Source of the DNA: Carcharhinus longimanus
Taxonomy: Eukaryota
Reading direction: 5' to 3'
Length of the DNA stretch: 64,000 nt
Assembly: GCA_030264375.1 (NCBI GenBank)
Contig: JASCQW010000139.1
Coordinates: 6,339,225 to 6,403,224, forward strand
The notes beneath the pieces are model-generated. The model worked only from the letters and a program-made list of their open reading frames with translations, was not told the origin of the DNA and ran no database searches. Positions 13,170 to 26,480 of the stretch are shown one piece after another. The position numbers were made by a program, and so were the translations under genes. Within the stretch, counting starts at the first letter, position 1. Each line of letters opens with the position of its first letter.

Positions 13170-13770
13170 TNNNNNNNNNNNNNNNNNNNNNNNNNNNNNN
13201 NNNNNNNNNNNNNNNNNNNNNNNNNNNNNNNNNNNNNNNNNNNNNNNNNNNNNNNNNNNNNNNNNNNNNNTTTTCTGCACTCTTTCTAGTTTAATAATAT
13301 CCTTTCTATAATAGGGTGACCAGAATTGCACACAGTATTCCAAGTGTCGCCATACCAATGTCTTAGACAACTTCAACAAGACGTCCCAACTCCTTTATTC
13401 AATATTCTAACCAATGAAGCCAAGCATGCTGAATGCCTTCTTCACCACTCTGTCCACCTGTGACTCCACTTTCAAGAAGCTATGAACACATATCCCTAGT
13501 TCTCTTTGTTCTGTAACTCTCCCCAACGCCCTACCATTAACTGAGTAAATCCTGCCCTGGTTCAATCTACCAAAATACATTACCTCACATTTGTCAAAAT
13601 TAAACTCCATCTGCCATTCGTCACCCCACTGGTCCAATTGATCAAGATCCTGCTGCAATTGGAGATAACCTTCCTCACTGTCCATCACACCGCCAATCTT
13701 GGTGTCATCTGCAAACTTACTAACCATGCCCCCTATATTCTCATCCAAATCATTAGTATAAATGACAAAT
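13170..13770 (-). mobile_element. CR1 LINE RT fragment
   Basis: ORFs with SKFADDTKIGG..QLQQDLDQL..WQMEFNFDKCEV and LEYCVQFWSPYYRKDIIKLERVQK. Confidence 0.9.
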
Positions 13771-14159
13771 ACAGTATAAAGTCATAGAGGATAACAATAG
13801 AAAGTCATAGATTTCCCCACCAGAGAAAAAAATGTCTACCTTTTCCTTACAGGGATCCTTTTTGGAGAATGCTTTTACCAATATTGCCTCTCTCCGCTAC
13901 CATGCCCAAATAATTTTTTCCTTGCCAAGTCAAGTTCACGATTGTCAGTGATTGCCCCTTTTTTGTAGAGGTGGCGTACCAATCTAATTCTGCCCTCATT
14001 TGATACTTACCCACATTCCACTTCCCACAGTTTGGTGAAATGAATTTAAACTGAGCAGTAGTGGAAGTTTCAGTGAGGGAGGGGACAGAAGGAGCGGTGG
14101 TAAACCTGTAACATTTAACATGAAGGGGGGAGATTGCAAGATGCAGGGGCACAGACACT

Positions 14160-15508
14160 AATTTTCAAGTCTTTTCTGGCCACTGGAGAGGTGCCAAAGA
14201 ATTAGCTAACGTGGCAATATTATTCAAGAAGAATAAGGAAAATCCAGGTAATTACAGGCCAGTGAGAGAAATTATTGGAAAATTTTTTTGGGACAGAATT
14301 AATTGCCATTCGGAGAGGCACAAATTAATCAAGGATAGTCAACTTGGTTTTGTTAGGAGAACATGTCTAACAAATTTGATTGAATTTTTCAAAGAGGTGA
14401 CAAGGTGCCTAGATGAGGGCAATGCAGTTGATGTAGTCTACATTGACTTCAGTAAGATTTTTGAGAGTGATGGAAGCCTGTGTCCAGTGGTGTACTGCAG
14501 GGATCAGTGTTGGGTCTCTTGAGGTTTGTAATGTGCATTAATGATCTAATCATGGGGGGTATGACCAGTAAGTTTGAAGAAAACACAAACTTGGTGATGT
14601 AGTAAGTAGCAAGGAATAAGTCTTACATGACAGGACAATATAGATGGGCTGGTCAAATGGACAGAATAGTGGCAAATTTAACCCTGAAAAGTGAAAAATG
14701 CAGGTGATGCATTTTGGAAGGACTAACAAGGCTAGGGAATACACAATGAACAGTAGGATGCTAGGAAGTACAGAGGACCAGGGGGACCTTGGGATGCATG
14801 TCCAGATATCCTTGAAGGCAGAAGGACAGGTTGATAAGATGATTAAGACGGTTTATAGGATACTTGTCTTTATTAGCTGAGGCACAGAATATAAGAACAG
14901 GGAAGTTCTGATGGAGCTGCATTAAATGCTCATTAGCCTGCAGCTGGTGTGTGTAGTTCTGGTTGTCACACTACAGGAAGGATGTGTGGAATAGAAAGCA
15001 TGCAGAGGAGACTCACCAGGATGTTGCGTGGGCTGGAGTGTTTCAGCTATGAAGAGCAGCTGGTTAGCTTTGGTTTGGTTTCCTTAGAGCAGAGAAGCTG
15101 GGGCGGGACAGGGTGAGGAGAGGGGGTTGGTGGTGGTGGTGACGACCTAATTGAGATGTATAAAATTGTGACAGAAATAAAAAGGATAGATAGGAAATTA
15201 CCTTTCCCCTTAGAGGAGGGCGTCAATAGTCAAAAGGCATAAACTAAAGGTAAGGAACAGGAGATTTAGAGTGGATTTGAGGAAAATATTTCATCTGGAT
15301 GGGTGGGAATCTTAAACTCACTGCCAGAAAGGGTGGTAGAAGCAGGACCTTGACAATGTTTAAGCAGCATTTAAACCAGCAATTGAAACACCATAGCAAA
15401 CAAGGCTATGAATCAAGTCCTGAAAAATGAGAATAGAATAGGTAGATGCTTGATGGGTGGTGCAAAAATGATGAGCCAAAGGGCCTCTTGCTGTGCAATG
15501 AAACTCTA
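14160..15508 (+). mobile_element. Decayed CR1 LINE (RT to 3' end)
   Basis: NPGNYRPV..SQLGFVRRTCLTNLIEFF..VDVVYIDFSK; QVMHFGRTNKAREY; CR1 3' UTR. Confidence 0.9.
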
Positions 15509-15509
15509 C

Positions 15510-16549
15510 AGGGACGATCTTACCAAAATAATCCTACATGCTGAACGAGTGTGAAAAAGGGGAGAATCTCACAAATTTTTTGGGTGAGTTCCCAGGTGCT
15601 ATTTTATGGCACTTAAAAAAGGCAAAACATGATTCTTGCCACTAGGGGAAGTGGGTGGAGCCTCTTCATGCTATGAAGCTGGATATTGAGCCATAGGGGG
15701 GCTATTGTGCATGCGTCCCAATCTCTCAGTGCATTGTACAAGTGTACATGCTACAATGGAACATCTATTGCCCCCCCCGCCCCGCCCCCTCACCGATTGC
15801 TGGCCCAGAATCCTCCCTGGCCTATCACTGGCCCTGATATCCCCCTCCAGCCTATCACTGACTGCGAAGTCCTGCCCCCACCCGGCCGATCCCCAAAGCA
15901 GAGTACACCCCCTTGCCACTCTATCATGACCCCGCCCCTTCAGGCTCTGTCACTCCCCTTAGGCGCCATTCCCTTGGCACTGTCCAGGGTGTCAGGCTGG
16001 TGGTACCAATGTCCCAGGTTGGCACTGCCCTGACCACCCAAGGAGCTTCAATGGTCTCCAGTCCCACTGATGAGGCCACCAGTGAGGTCATGCTGCAACT
16101 GTACAGGGCACTGGTGAGGCCGCAGCTGGAGTACTGTGTGCAGTTTTGGTCGCCGCACTTNNNNNNNNNNNNNNNNNNNNNNNNNNNNNNNNNNNNNNNN
16201 NNNNNNNNNNNNNNNNNNNNNNNNNNNNNNNNNNNNNNNNNNNNNNNNNNNNNNNNNNNNTCTTATTGAATGGCGGGGCAGGCTCGAAGGGCTAGATGGC
16301 CTACTCCTGCTCCTATTTCTTATGTTCTTATGTCATTAAATGTGAGCTCGGACAATTGCACCTGATACTCACTAATGGTATTCAAATTACCTCAAAATAT
16401 TTATATCTGCCTTGCGCCCACTGGAAGAACGTGGCCAGTAACATCGCGGGAGGAAATAACCAGGCACAAGTGCAGTTTTTTGTCTTTTGCCTAATCTTAC
16501 TGTTCACCACGCTGATAAACCATCGTGGTGAGCCAGTAAGATCGCCCCC
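15510..16549. mobile_element. MITE with terminal inverted repeats, carrying a nested CR1 fragment (16081-16333)
   Basis: Left gggacgatcttac (15511-15523) vs right gtaagatcgcccc (16536-16548); GC-rich interior; nested LYRALVRPQLEYCVQFWSPH plus CR1 tail. Confidence 0.75.
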
Positions 16550-18639
16550 TTATGACCCTAACAAGATAACCAGTGCAATGTTAAGTTGACAGTGCTGACA
16601 AAGAGGAAGCTTTTCTTTCTGGAATCAATCACGCTGCTAAAGTTCATAGAAGTTTAATACCTAATAATCATAATATGGATTTCATCCTTGGTCCATCATC
16701 AGATCTCAGACAAAGTAAAGGAGAAACAGGTTTGTTCCTCCGCACTTCAATTCCCTTCATCCCAAAAGAAAGCATGAAATATCAACTGGATCATCAAGAA
16801 AGACACTGTACTAAGAATAGGGAGTTAACCAGAATAGGAAGGAATTATGTAGGGTTAAATACACTGTTCCAGTCATGCCAGTCTATTAATCTAAATTGCA
16901 GCTTTACAGTAAACATTTGCCAGTCATGTGGTTCATAGATAATGAACTGGAAAGTTTTCATTCATTTTAAACTACTCATTATCCTTTAGAGGATTATAAT
17001 TAAAAGCAAGTCTCCTACAACATAAGAACACCATTATTATAATGGTTGGTTCTGTGGGAATTGGCTTTTTTTTAAAAAGGTTCACCCAACTAGGACATTT
17101 TATCCCAGTGAAAATAAAGATAATGTTACATCCACGTGAAGCTCACTTCAGTGTTTCAGAACATCTTAAAAATCAAAACACAGAGACATGAGATTGGTAT
17201 GTGATAAGGATGCCATGAAGTTCACAGGCTGATTTCTCAATCGGTGAACACTATCATTGGCCTCTGCTTCACTCAGAGAAGGGAAAACACATTGACAAGC
17301 ACTTCCAGCTTTTCCACCATTGGTACAATGTCAGCTAGGTGAGGATCCAGGAATGAGGCAATAGTGACTGCCCTTGGCATCAAAATAACATCTGACCAAG
17401 TTGAGCATCAAGGAATCCTAGCAAAATTGTCAATGGAAATCAAGGGGTAATCTCTCAAAGGAAGATTGTTGAGGTTTTTGGAGGTCAATGATCTCAGCCC
17501 TGGGTCACTGCTGTAGGAGGCCCTCAGAGTAGTATCCTCGGCCCAATCATTTTCAGCTGCTTCATCAATGACCTTCTCTCCATCTAAATGTCAGAAGTGG
17601 GAATGTTCTGATGGTTGATCAGTACTATTTGTGACTTCTTAGTCACTGGGGATGAATTGCTGGTCCCAATAGCCCCAAGTGCAAATTACGCTGTGACAGT
17701 GAATTTGTAGAGGGGCCTAAAACAGGATTTGTGCTGACTGTAAACCAGTTTCCAATGCTTCCATCTGTTAAAGGTGACATGATCTGGATCTCACCCAGAA
17801 AGGGCAAGAACCTTATCTGACCTAATCAGCATCTGTTTTAACCTCATTAGTTAGACTATCGTATGTTAACTATGTTCTGTCCACAGATGCTGCCAGATCC
17901 GCTGAGATTTTCCAGTATTTTCTGTTTTTGAGCAAGGATTAATTTTTTTTATATACAGTGCTTCATAGTCCATTAACTCTGAAGTGCTTCCAGGAAGGTA
18001 CAGCTGTTCAGTCCTAACTCATTTCTTTTAAGAGGGCGCATTTTTGCTACTTCTTATGCCCTAACAGCCTGGAGGCTGCTTTCTGCCATACAAGCAACTG
18101 GCACCACTTAGACATTAAACTGCAAGAGTTTCACAACAAGGACCTTCTTGCAGCCATTGTTGAATTCTCTGATATGACGACCACATTGAGGGGTTCAAGA
18201 GTCCATTGTAGCCCCCAGGTGATCAGGAAAATGACTTGACAGTGCCCTGGTGCTGCAAATATGGCAGTGCCAGACTGGTACTGGCATGAATTGGGGCCTG
18301 AAGGAGNNNNNNNNNNNNNNNNNNNNNNNNNNNNNNNNNNNNNNNNNNNNNNNNNNNNNNNNNNNNNNNNNNNNNNNNNNNNNNNNNNNNNNNNNNNNNN
18401 NNNNNNGAATGCAGGTGTCGCTGGCTAGACCAGCATTTATTGTCTAGCCACAGTTGCCCTTGAATAAGTGATGGTGAGCTGTCTCCTTGAACCACTGGAG
18501 TCCATGGGGAAATACAACTAATTAGGAGTCTAATATTGTTTGAGATACTTGCTCCTTGGAATTTGCACTTTTGTTAAAGAAAGAACCAACTAGCCTCATT
18601 TCCAGGGATAAATTCTTGATCATTTAAGACAAATGAGAA

Positions 18640-19690
18640 TTTTTATTTTCTGAGGAATTCTCTTCCCCAGTGGAGGCATGGTCCTGGGTATCTTTAAGGC
18701 TGAGTTACATATTCTTAATTGATTTTGTTGTTAATGATGATAGGGAGTAGACAGGAAAGCATAGTTTAGGCCACAATCAGCCAAATGGTGCAGCAGGATC
18801 AAGGGGCTGAATGACCTTGTTCTGCTCCTAATTTGTATGTTCACATTGGCAAAGGAACTTAAGTTTGTATAACTGAGACCAAAGCCAATCAGTGGATGAT
18901 ATGGTGGAGGTTGTACGGTTTAATGCATGTTTTGATTAAAAAATTGTGACAAATTGCAAAAGAAGCAAATGTGATGTGAGAAAAAGCTTTTTCACACAGC
19001 AACTGGTTTGGGTCTGGAATTCACCACACAAAGTGTTGTGGAGGCAATTCCATTGAGACATTCAGGAGGGCATTAGATGATGATTTGAATAGAAGCAATG
19101 TACAAGAGTAAAGGGAAAAGGAAGCAAAATGGTACTAAGTCATGATGCTCATTTGGAGAACCAGTGCAGACACGATGGAATGAATGGTCTCCTTCTCCTT
19201 TCAGATGTGAGGTTATCCACTTTGGAAGAAATAATAGTAGGATAGAATATTATTTAAATGGTGAAAAGTTGCAGCATGCTACTGTGCAGAGGGACTTGGG
19301 GGTCCTTGTGCACGAATCACAAAAACTCAGTCTGTAGATGCAGCAGGTGATCAAGAAGGTGAATGGAATGTTGGCCTTTATAACAAAGGGGATAGAAAAT
19401 AAAAGAACATAAGAACATAAGAAATAGGAGCAGGAGTAGGCCATCTGGCCCGTCGAGCCTGCCCCGCCATTCAATAAGANNNNNNNNNNNNNNNNNNNNN
19501 NNNNNNNNNNNNNNNNNNNNNNNNNNNNNNNNNNNNNNNNNNNNNNNNNNNNNNNNNNNNNNNNNNNNNNNNNNNNNNNATACCTCCTCAGAACATACCT
19601 CCAACGGCACACAATATTCCAGGTGTGGTGTCACCAAGGCTCTGTATAATTGCAATAAGACATTCTAGCCCCTGTACTTGAATCCTCAAT
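18640..19690. mobile_element. Cluster of CR1 LINE fragments in both orientations
   Basis: 3' UTR remnants 18640-18845 and 18950-19200; RT piece CEVIHFGRNN..VQRDLGVLVH 19200-19400; reverse tail and LYRALVTPHLEYCV 19405-19685. Confidence 0.8.
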
Positions 19691-20145
19691 TTAATTGAAG
19701 TGTTTGAAATGGTAAAAGAATTAAATAAACTGCTTGCAGAAAAGCTATTACCTCCTTTGGAGGATCCAAAACTATGGGATATAATCTTAAATTTAAAGTT
19801 TGATACAATTGAATGGCTGAATAGGCAAGCAGGGAAGAATCAACTATTTCTGTTCCAATGCCAAAAAGGGAAAGACATATAAAATGGGACAAGTCTTTTT
19901 CTACAAGTGTATCATACACAAATTGCATGTATCTAGTATGAAGATGAAAGTCAAATGTAAAAGAGCCAACTGATGACACAAGTAGCAAAAATGGAAAGGT
20001 AATACATGCGCAAACATATTGTCTGGTTATTCCTTGGATCAGAAATTCAAGTTTGGATTAAGGTTTTCATAAAGAATTAGAAACAGTTGAAGACACGATG
20101 TACAAATGATAACAGACTCCTCCAAATAACAGCTCTGCTGTAGGT

Positions 20146-20151
20146 TTTATT
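20146..20151 (-). terminator. Candidate pri-miR-21 / VMP1-miR-21 read-through poly(A) signal
   Basis: AATAAA on the minus strand about 420 nt past the hairpin, followed by GU/U-rich sequence (ctgttatttgg...tgttatcatttgt...gtgtctt). Confidence 0.45.
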
Positions 20152-20565
20152 GGATATTCTGCACAGCATGATATGGTTAATTTAGATAGTAGGCATCAAA
20201 TGTACTACCACCATAGGGTGGAATCAATCTGTTACTAATGTGATCTTGATAGAATTATTGAACTTCAAGGAAGCCCAATACAGGAAGAGATTATCCTACT
20301 TAGGACATAGCATAATACTATACAAGACCTATGGCACAGTAATAACTTGTGAACACTGAATGCAAGAAAATAATGTGCAAATAATTTGATATTTAAGGCA
20401 GAAAATCATTTACTATAGATTATTTGGAATCCTTGCCCTACAACTGGTAAGGGGGATGAGTTTCTGAAAAGGACTATTCACAAAGGACAAACAATGAGTG
20501 CTACAATGAAGATGCAATGGCAGAACAAAACAAAATGAAATGCTGATCAGATGGAAGACACCACA

Positions 20566-20638
20566 TCGTCAGATAGCCTACCAACTGTTGTCGCCAAATG
20601 AGCTAACAGCCAACACCAGTCTGATAAGCTATCTCACA
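20566..20638 (-). ncRNA. MIR21: microRNA-21 precursor hairpin (5p mature 20609-20631; 3p about 20571-20593)
   Basis: Minus strand UAGCUUAUCAGACUGGUGUUGGC (fish-type miR-21-5p), loop UGUUAGCUCAUUUGG, 3p arm CGACAACAGUUGGUAGGCUAUCU; the arms base-pair; same strand and downstream of VMP1 as in other vertebrates. Confidence 0.98.
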
Positions 20639-21753
20639 GAATGGCAAAATGATGGAGAAGCTGGATGTGACAGAAAATCTATACCTGGTACCAGAGGGTG
20701 AAAATGAAATCATGAGAACCTTACCTCATTCTAAATTACCATGAACACCTTTTGAGCACAAAATATTGGCTTGTAGTTTGGAAAAAAACTAATATCTACA
20801 AGAATGAAATTCTGTTACATATCTAATGTATTTTCTTATTTGGACAAAAGCACCAGTAATAGAATTCCAGTTTGCTGTGCCAGGAAGTCACAGGTTTAAA
20901 TCCTACACTTTTCAGAGATTCAAATTCTCAAGCCCTCATTGTACAAGTTTGCTTAGTTGTTGGTCAGGCTGTAGCAATGCAGCGTGGTGGTTGGTCCCAC
21001 TGTATGGAGCATATTGTTAGCTGATCTGAGAGCGCAACAATGATCATTAATCCAGTCTCGCTGGAGAGAGACGATTAACGTGGTCAAGATTGTGCACAGG
21101 CATCCAAAAAGTGTTAAAGAGATAAATCCAACTTTGTGCAACAGAGTACTGAAAATCCCTCATTTGCAGTTTTTAATTTTCACAAAATGTACTTTTGGCT
21201 TTCCAAGGATTCAAATCACTTACCTAACACCCCAGGCACTAGAAAACATTGTGAAATAATTCTCCAATTGGAATTATTGGAATAGAATAAGACACAAGAT
21301 CTGTACAGGCCACTTACATCTCCTCATGTGATTTTAATGAGGTACACCTTTATCATGAATAGCTATGCATAAACACTCATATTTTTCCTTAATGGACCAA
21401 TTCCCCAAACTCCAATGGAAATGCTTGATGGAAAGATGGTAGAGTTACAGATCCTGTCAAAATGACTCTGTGGGCCAACCATCTGTGGAATGCTGAGCTG
21501 TGTTACCAGAGTTGGAAATTGCTTTGGACGTATTAGTTTCTTTGACTTGACATCATTGGTCCACTGTGTGCTGAATGTCAGTGCCAAAACACTATTGATG
21601 GAAAAGCCCACATGCAGATCAATCATGACTGAAATTGTAATCTGGAATCACCAGTGCACTGGTAAAACAGTACCCTGGAATCATATCAATTCATATTAGT
21701 TAAATTCATTTACTTTGATGAAAATCCTAAAAAGATAATACCTTAGTTCCAAT

Positions 21754-21878
21754 TTTATTCTGGTTAGGAAATTCAATAATTAAGATAGAATCTGAGTTTC
21801 TTTAGTTCAAACAGTTCCTACAGAGAAGTTTCTGAATTGTCGCTTTCATGCAACATACTTTCATGTGAATAATTTATT
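21754..21878 (-). terminator. Candidate VMP1 polyadenylation signals (two AATAAA)
   Basis: + strand tttatt at 21873-21878 and 21754-21759; first canonical hexamers I found after the stop codon, upstream of the miR-21 hairpin. Confidence 0.5.
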
Positions 21879-23403
21879 ATACTCTACAGCCTAAAACAAA
21901 GACAAATTTGTTTGTGTATTTCATTCTTGATAACTTATTGATATAATAGAACATATTACTTTATGAATGGTACTATATAAATTACTAATAGGATCAACAT
22001 CATTTGAGTTTATACATAATGGGCAGATGTAGTTTTTGAAATATACACAATCATGACATTCCCCACAAAAAGTGACAAAGACACAGACTGAATTCAGTCC
22101 GTGGAATGATTGAACGTAGTTTTATAAAGTCATTAAATGTTAAAATTTACAGAGCAAAATGTTACGTTACTTTTCATATATACAGTTGGAGATGGACCAG
22201 TTCCATAACTTCAAATACCTTTTCTTTCACCATCATTGTGTAAAATACAAGCAGAGATGAGCAATATAGGTTTAATGGTTTTTTGCCATGTAGGGCACAA
22301 AACACATGGCCTCATTAAGAGATAGATAAGATACAGACAATTGAGATAATAAATACCTACAGTTTTTGAAAAAATCTATTTATCTCTTTGAGATAATCTA
22401 CACATACTGCTGTTTCACTTTCCACTTCTATCCTCCATTAGTAAGTGTGAGTGGAACAGAATGGTACTTATCAACATCAATGCTTTCTCTTTTCAACTAA
22501 GATGAAGTATACTTTCTGAAGATGATGGCCTGATCTTTAGTACCTCAGCTAATCATTGGATGTTGCAATACTGATGGGACTCTATTATATGAAACTTGCA
22601 GCAACAAATTATAGTTCAAATTGTTGCTGGAGTATGAAATCCTCACAACAATGGCAATGTTACTTGGCAGGGTGTTGTGGAAGGAGGGATAATGGAGGTA
22701 AAAAGATGCAAGAAAGTGGGAAAAAGAAGTTTAAAATGTTACCATTTTACAATTCCAAGCTCCAAAAAAAGAGTAACTATTATTTTCAATCAGTCCCTAA
22801 TGGGTTAAAAGTTAATGAAACATTGTCAGCTCATTAAACACAATTGTGACAATATGATCAACCACTATGCCAAGAAGGGCCAAATTTTGCTAGTCAGAGG
22901 ATTCCAATTCAAAAAAAGGCACAAGTGAATACACTTGCTCCTCAAGCAACTGACAATGCTAGCATTCAACAAGCTAATGCAGTTGTGCTTTCCACAAACC
23001 ACGTCAAGATCAGTACTGTGTCCAAAGTAATTTGGAGCAAGTTAAGCTCATTGCTTTCAAGTGGGTTCCATGCCTAATATTTACATCTATCCTGCAATTT
23101 CCTTTATGCCATTTAACACCATTCATCACTAAAACGGCCTCAACTGAAACTAAGATACATTCAAAAAATAGGAGACAACAAATAGGCAAGAATCCAAAAA
23201 AGTGGACTCCAAGCTGGAGTGCCTGTGCTAATAAAGATGTTTTTTTCAGAACTTGTAAATGCAGAAACTTATAATACTCTCCCTACGCTTCCTTACACTA
23301 ATTCCAGTTTGTGGAACCAAGAAGCAGCAGATGGTTTTCATGAATCACTATCTAACCTGGGCCTTGTGCGGTCCCTTCTTTATGAATAAAAAGAGTTACT
23401 TTT

Positions 23404-23547
23404 TCATTTCATTTTCTCTTCAGTGTATTTCTGTGACTGAATCCGTTTGGCGTAGCTCTGAGCCATGGAATTAATGATGGAAAGAATGAAGTAGCACACC
23501 ATGATGATGACTACTTTTTCAAAGATCCAAGACAACCAATTTTCACT
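23404..23547 (-). CDS. VMP1: VMP1 last coding exon (exon 12, 144 bp including TGA); final TM helix and C-terminal tail
   Basis: cccccattag|AGT...; translates [47 protein letters not shown], matching the recalled VMP1 C-terminus (GENWLSWMFEK...[23 protein letters not shown]). Confidence 0.97.
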   Translation of the reverse strand, partial: SENWLSWIFEKVVIIMVCYFILSIINSMAQSYAKRIQSQKYTEEKMK

Positions 23548-25459
23548 CTAATGGGGGTGGGATTTCAGGGAAGAAAGAGAAAAACAACATAAAAAGTATT
23601 TATTAAAGACTGTTTAATCTGAAATCAATAGCAGACTGCTAGCAGCTTAATTGGACTAACATGCACAGTTAGGAACAATTCCTTTTTTTGTTGTAAAATC
23701 AAAGAACCGAAGGATGGAGAAGTATGTGTGCATCGGGAGCAGAGATTGGGGTGTTGCCTGGATGGGGAAGGATTGAAGGACTCTCCACAGATTAAACACG
23801 TGTGTAGGAGGAATAAAGCAGGGGAAATATGTTTCTATTCATATTCAGTGTCAAAAACTATGCTTTATTAACCTAGCAAATGGCATAAAAGTGCCCTCCA
23901 GATACTCTTAATTCACATATCCAATTAACCAAAATTCCAATTGTTTAATTTAATATTTGATCAAAGGACGGATTTGTTGCTGCAATTTGAGATGAACAGG
24001 GTATAATGTTACTAAAATATTAGCTACAGATCTAGCTGGCTGTTGGACAAATCAAGCACATCAATATAGACACAAGCATAAAATTAATTTGTGCTACGAA
24101 TTGCAATAAATTACATCAGTCCTGAGTCATTGAAACCTTCTCTCCACATTTCTAATCTCTCTGCTTAATTCTGTTTAGTTGGTATTGATGATTTCCTGAG
24201 GCAGGGTAAATTCATTTTGGGAATTGAAACAAGTTTCTTATTTTATGGTTCCCAACAGAAGTTTGGTCAAAGATTTTTTTTTATATTTGTTCACAGTGGT
24301 GCCTCTGGCCAGGTCAACTTTTATTGTTCATCCCTAATTGCCCTTGAGACTGTATTAATGAGCCAATAGTTGATGCTCAGGATAGCTTTTTAAAGCTGGC
24401 AACAAGGTGACAATCTATTGGCCAGTACTGGAAATTTATGTGTCTTTTTAACAAAGACAAAAAAGACATTGGAAGCCAGTGCAGCTACAGGAACTAGATC
24501 CTCACTGTTTTACTAATGTTAAGTGTGTTCTTTCACTCCACCGAGGCCATTAAAAGTGAGCAAACTAAAATCTGGCAAATCTGACAGTGCAGTGGGGATC
24601 CCCACTCAGGAAGAAACAGATGGGGATTTAGTTCACCACCTGCTCTTTCAGGCACGCATATAGCACTTCCCGTCGCTGGTCAACTTAGCCTGTATTGGCA
24701 ATGCTGAGGTGTCTACTGATCTGCCTGCCAGCTGTTCCATCTGGAAATTTTAAAAAGCATGAAAAGCCAGAAAATAGTCTGAATCAAAAAGAGAGAAAAT
24801 CTTTCAACAACTCAATTAAACTGACACACACACGCCTACACATGCAATCCTTCTGTACTAATCTGGCACCAGGATCACCATTTTGCTATAGCATTAAGAG
24901 TTTGATTTAGATATTCTGCATCTACGTCAGTGCTGAAGCAATGGCTTTGAGCCAAACCAAAGTACTCTTGTTAAGATACTAGTGNNNNCTTGTTTGATAT
25001 GGGCTTAACAAAAAAGATAAAGCTTTTGTGCATTTTGAAATAGTTTGTCAGATACTGGAAAATACCGTAATTATTTAAAGAGGGAAGGAAAATGTCTTTT
25101 CTGAAGTCTTTTTCATATTTAAATTCCATTTATTAATATCTTCAGAGAGGGTAAGTATGTGAATATTAACAAACACTTGGCTTTACTTTTCATCTGGATC
25201 ACCAGCAGATTCAAATCACCAGTATTTTCAGCACAAACAGCAGAAAAGCTTTTTATATTTAAAACCTGATTAAATGTATTACAATAATTAATAAAATAAC
25301 TGGAAACTGATCCTTCCAGTTTTAACCTTCAGACCTCTAACAGGGTCTTTTATTTTCATTGTTCAAAAATTAAATTGGTCAAAGAGTAAAATTCACAGAA
25401 TACTTTTACATCAGCTTTCACATAGCGTGCAAACTGTGTTGTAGAATCCTGTGTCTATG

Positions 25460-25555
25460 GCAGCGTGACGCAAATTGCTGTTCCACCAGGAGGAAGTACT
25501 TCTTTTTAACAAAGTTGCACAAGCGTTTGGTGACTGTTACATCCACGTCATCACA
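25460..25555. promoter_or_regulatory. bZIP/ETS motif cluster in VMP1 intron 11 (candidate enhancer or secondary pri-miR-21 promoter)
   Basis: TGACGCAA 25466-25473, AGGAAGT 25491-25497, TTGCACAA 25515-25522, GATGACGTGG (minus) 25543-25552; CpG-containing motifs retained in CpG-poor DNA. Confidence 0.5.
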
Positions 25556-26377
25556 ATTATATACCAGGAACTAAGTCTTTTTTGAATTGGAGTGGGGAGA
25601 GGGCTGGAAATGGGAGTTTGAGTATCTTTCTGGACAACATATTTAGGAGAGAATAAAAATAATGGATAATTATTACTGTCTTGGTATAAATTAAGATTAG
25701 AAAGATTATACCACATTAAAAATTAAGAAGTATTTTTGTTTCTTCCTCCCGGATACAAGGCATATGTTTCAAATCTGTCACAGTGTTAAAACTATTCCTA
25801 AAAAAATTGTTAATTGAATTTGGAGGTTTACTATTTCCATAACTGATTTAATTGACTATTGAAAAGATGTTCTTCAAGGCTTTAATATCTGCAATAGTAC
25901 AAGGCCCTGATTTAGTCATATATTTAGGATCTGGAGACATCATTTAAGACCACACTCATCATTGCACCCTACATGAAGATTATGTTGTTTAAGCTTTTGC
26001 TTCAAATAAAACTTCATTAATAGATGGCATAAAAAATTGCCAAGGATCTCTGCCAGGAATGGCCACCTCACCGTGATGCACTCTTCTTGATCACGGCTTA
26101 TTTGAGATAACTCAAATACGCTGAAGTTCAGACAAGTCACTTTACTTCCAGTTCTTTTTTCTAAGCAGACCCTTGACCACATTTTCTAGTTTCTAAATTA
26201 TAGCAGGCCTCAGTTTCTGGCCACTGGACCTTTGGCCAATTTGAGATCTCAAATTTCAATAACTGAAAGGTCTCCTAATTACTAGCATTTGACATCATGT
26301 TCACACAGAATGACACACACAAACCAACAAACATTTTAATGTAAAAAGTAGATAAGTTACATTCAGGGTATTCTTAC

Positions 26378-26480
26378 CGCTTCTACTGCATCTCCAGACT
26401 TGTGGTGAAGCTTGGCTTTCTGGGCCTCCAGGTATTCTCTGAAGGGTTTCTGAAGTGAAGGGCCTAAGCTTGGAATTGCC
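26378..26480 (-). CDS. VMP1: VMP1 coding exon (exon 11, 103 bp)
   Basis: cacacag|G GCA...GCG|gtaag; translates [34 protein letters not shown] (visible inside ORF 26363..26560); phase 2/0. Confidence 0.97.

Noticed and set aside
1-19700. Expected convergent neighbour TUBD1 (downstream of MIR21 in mammals)
   Set aside because: I recognised no tubulin-like exon here; it may lie outside the window, but a short exon could have been missed.
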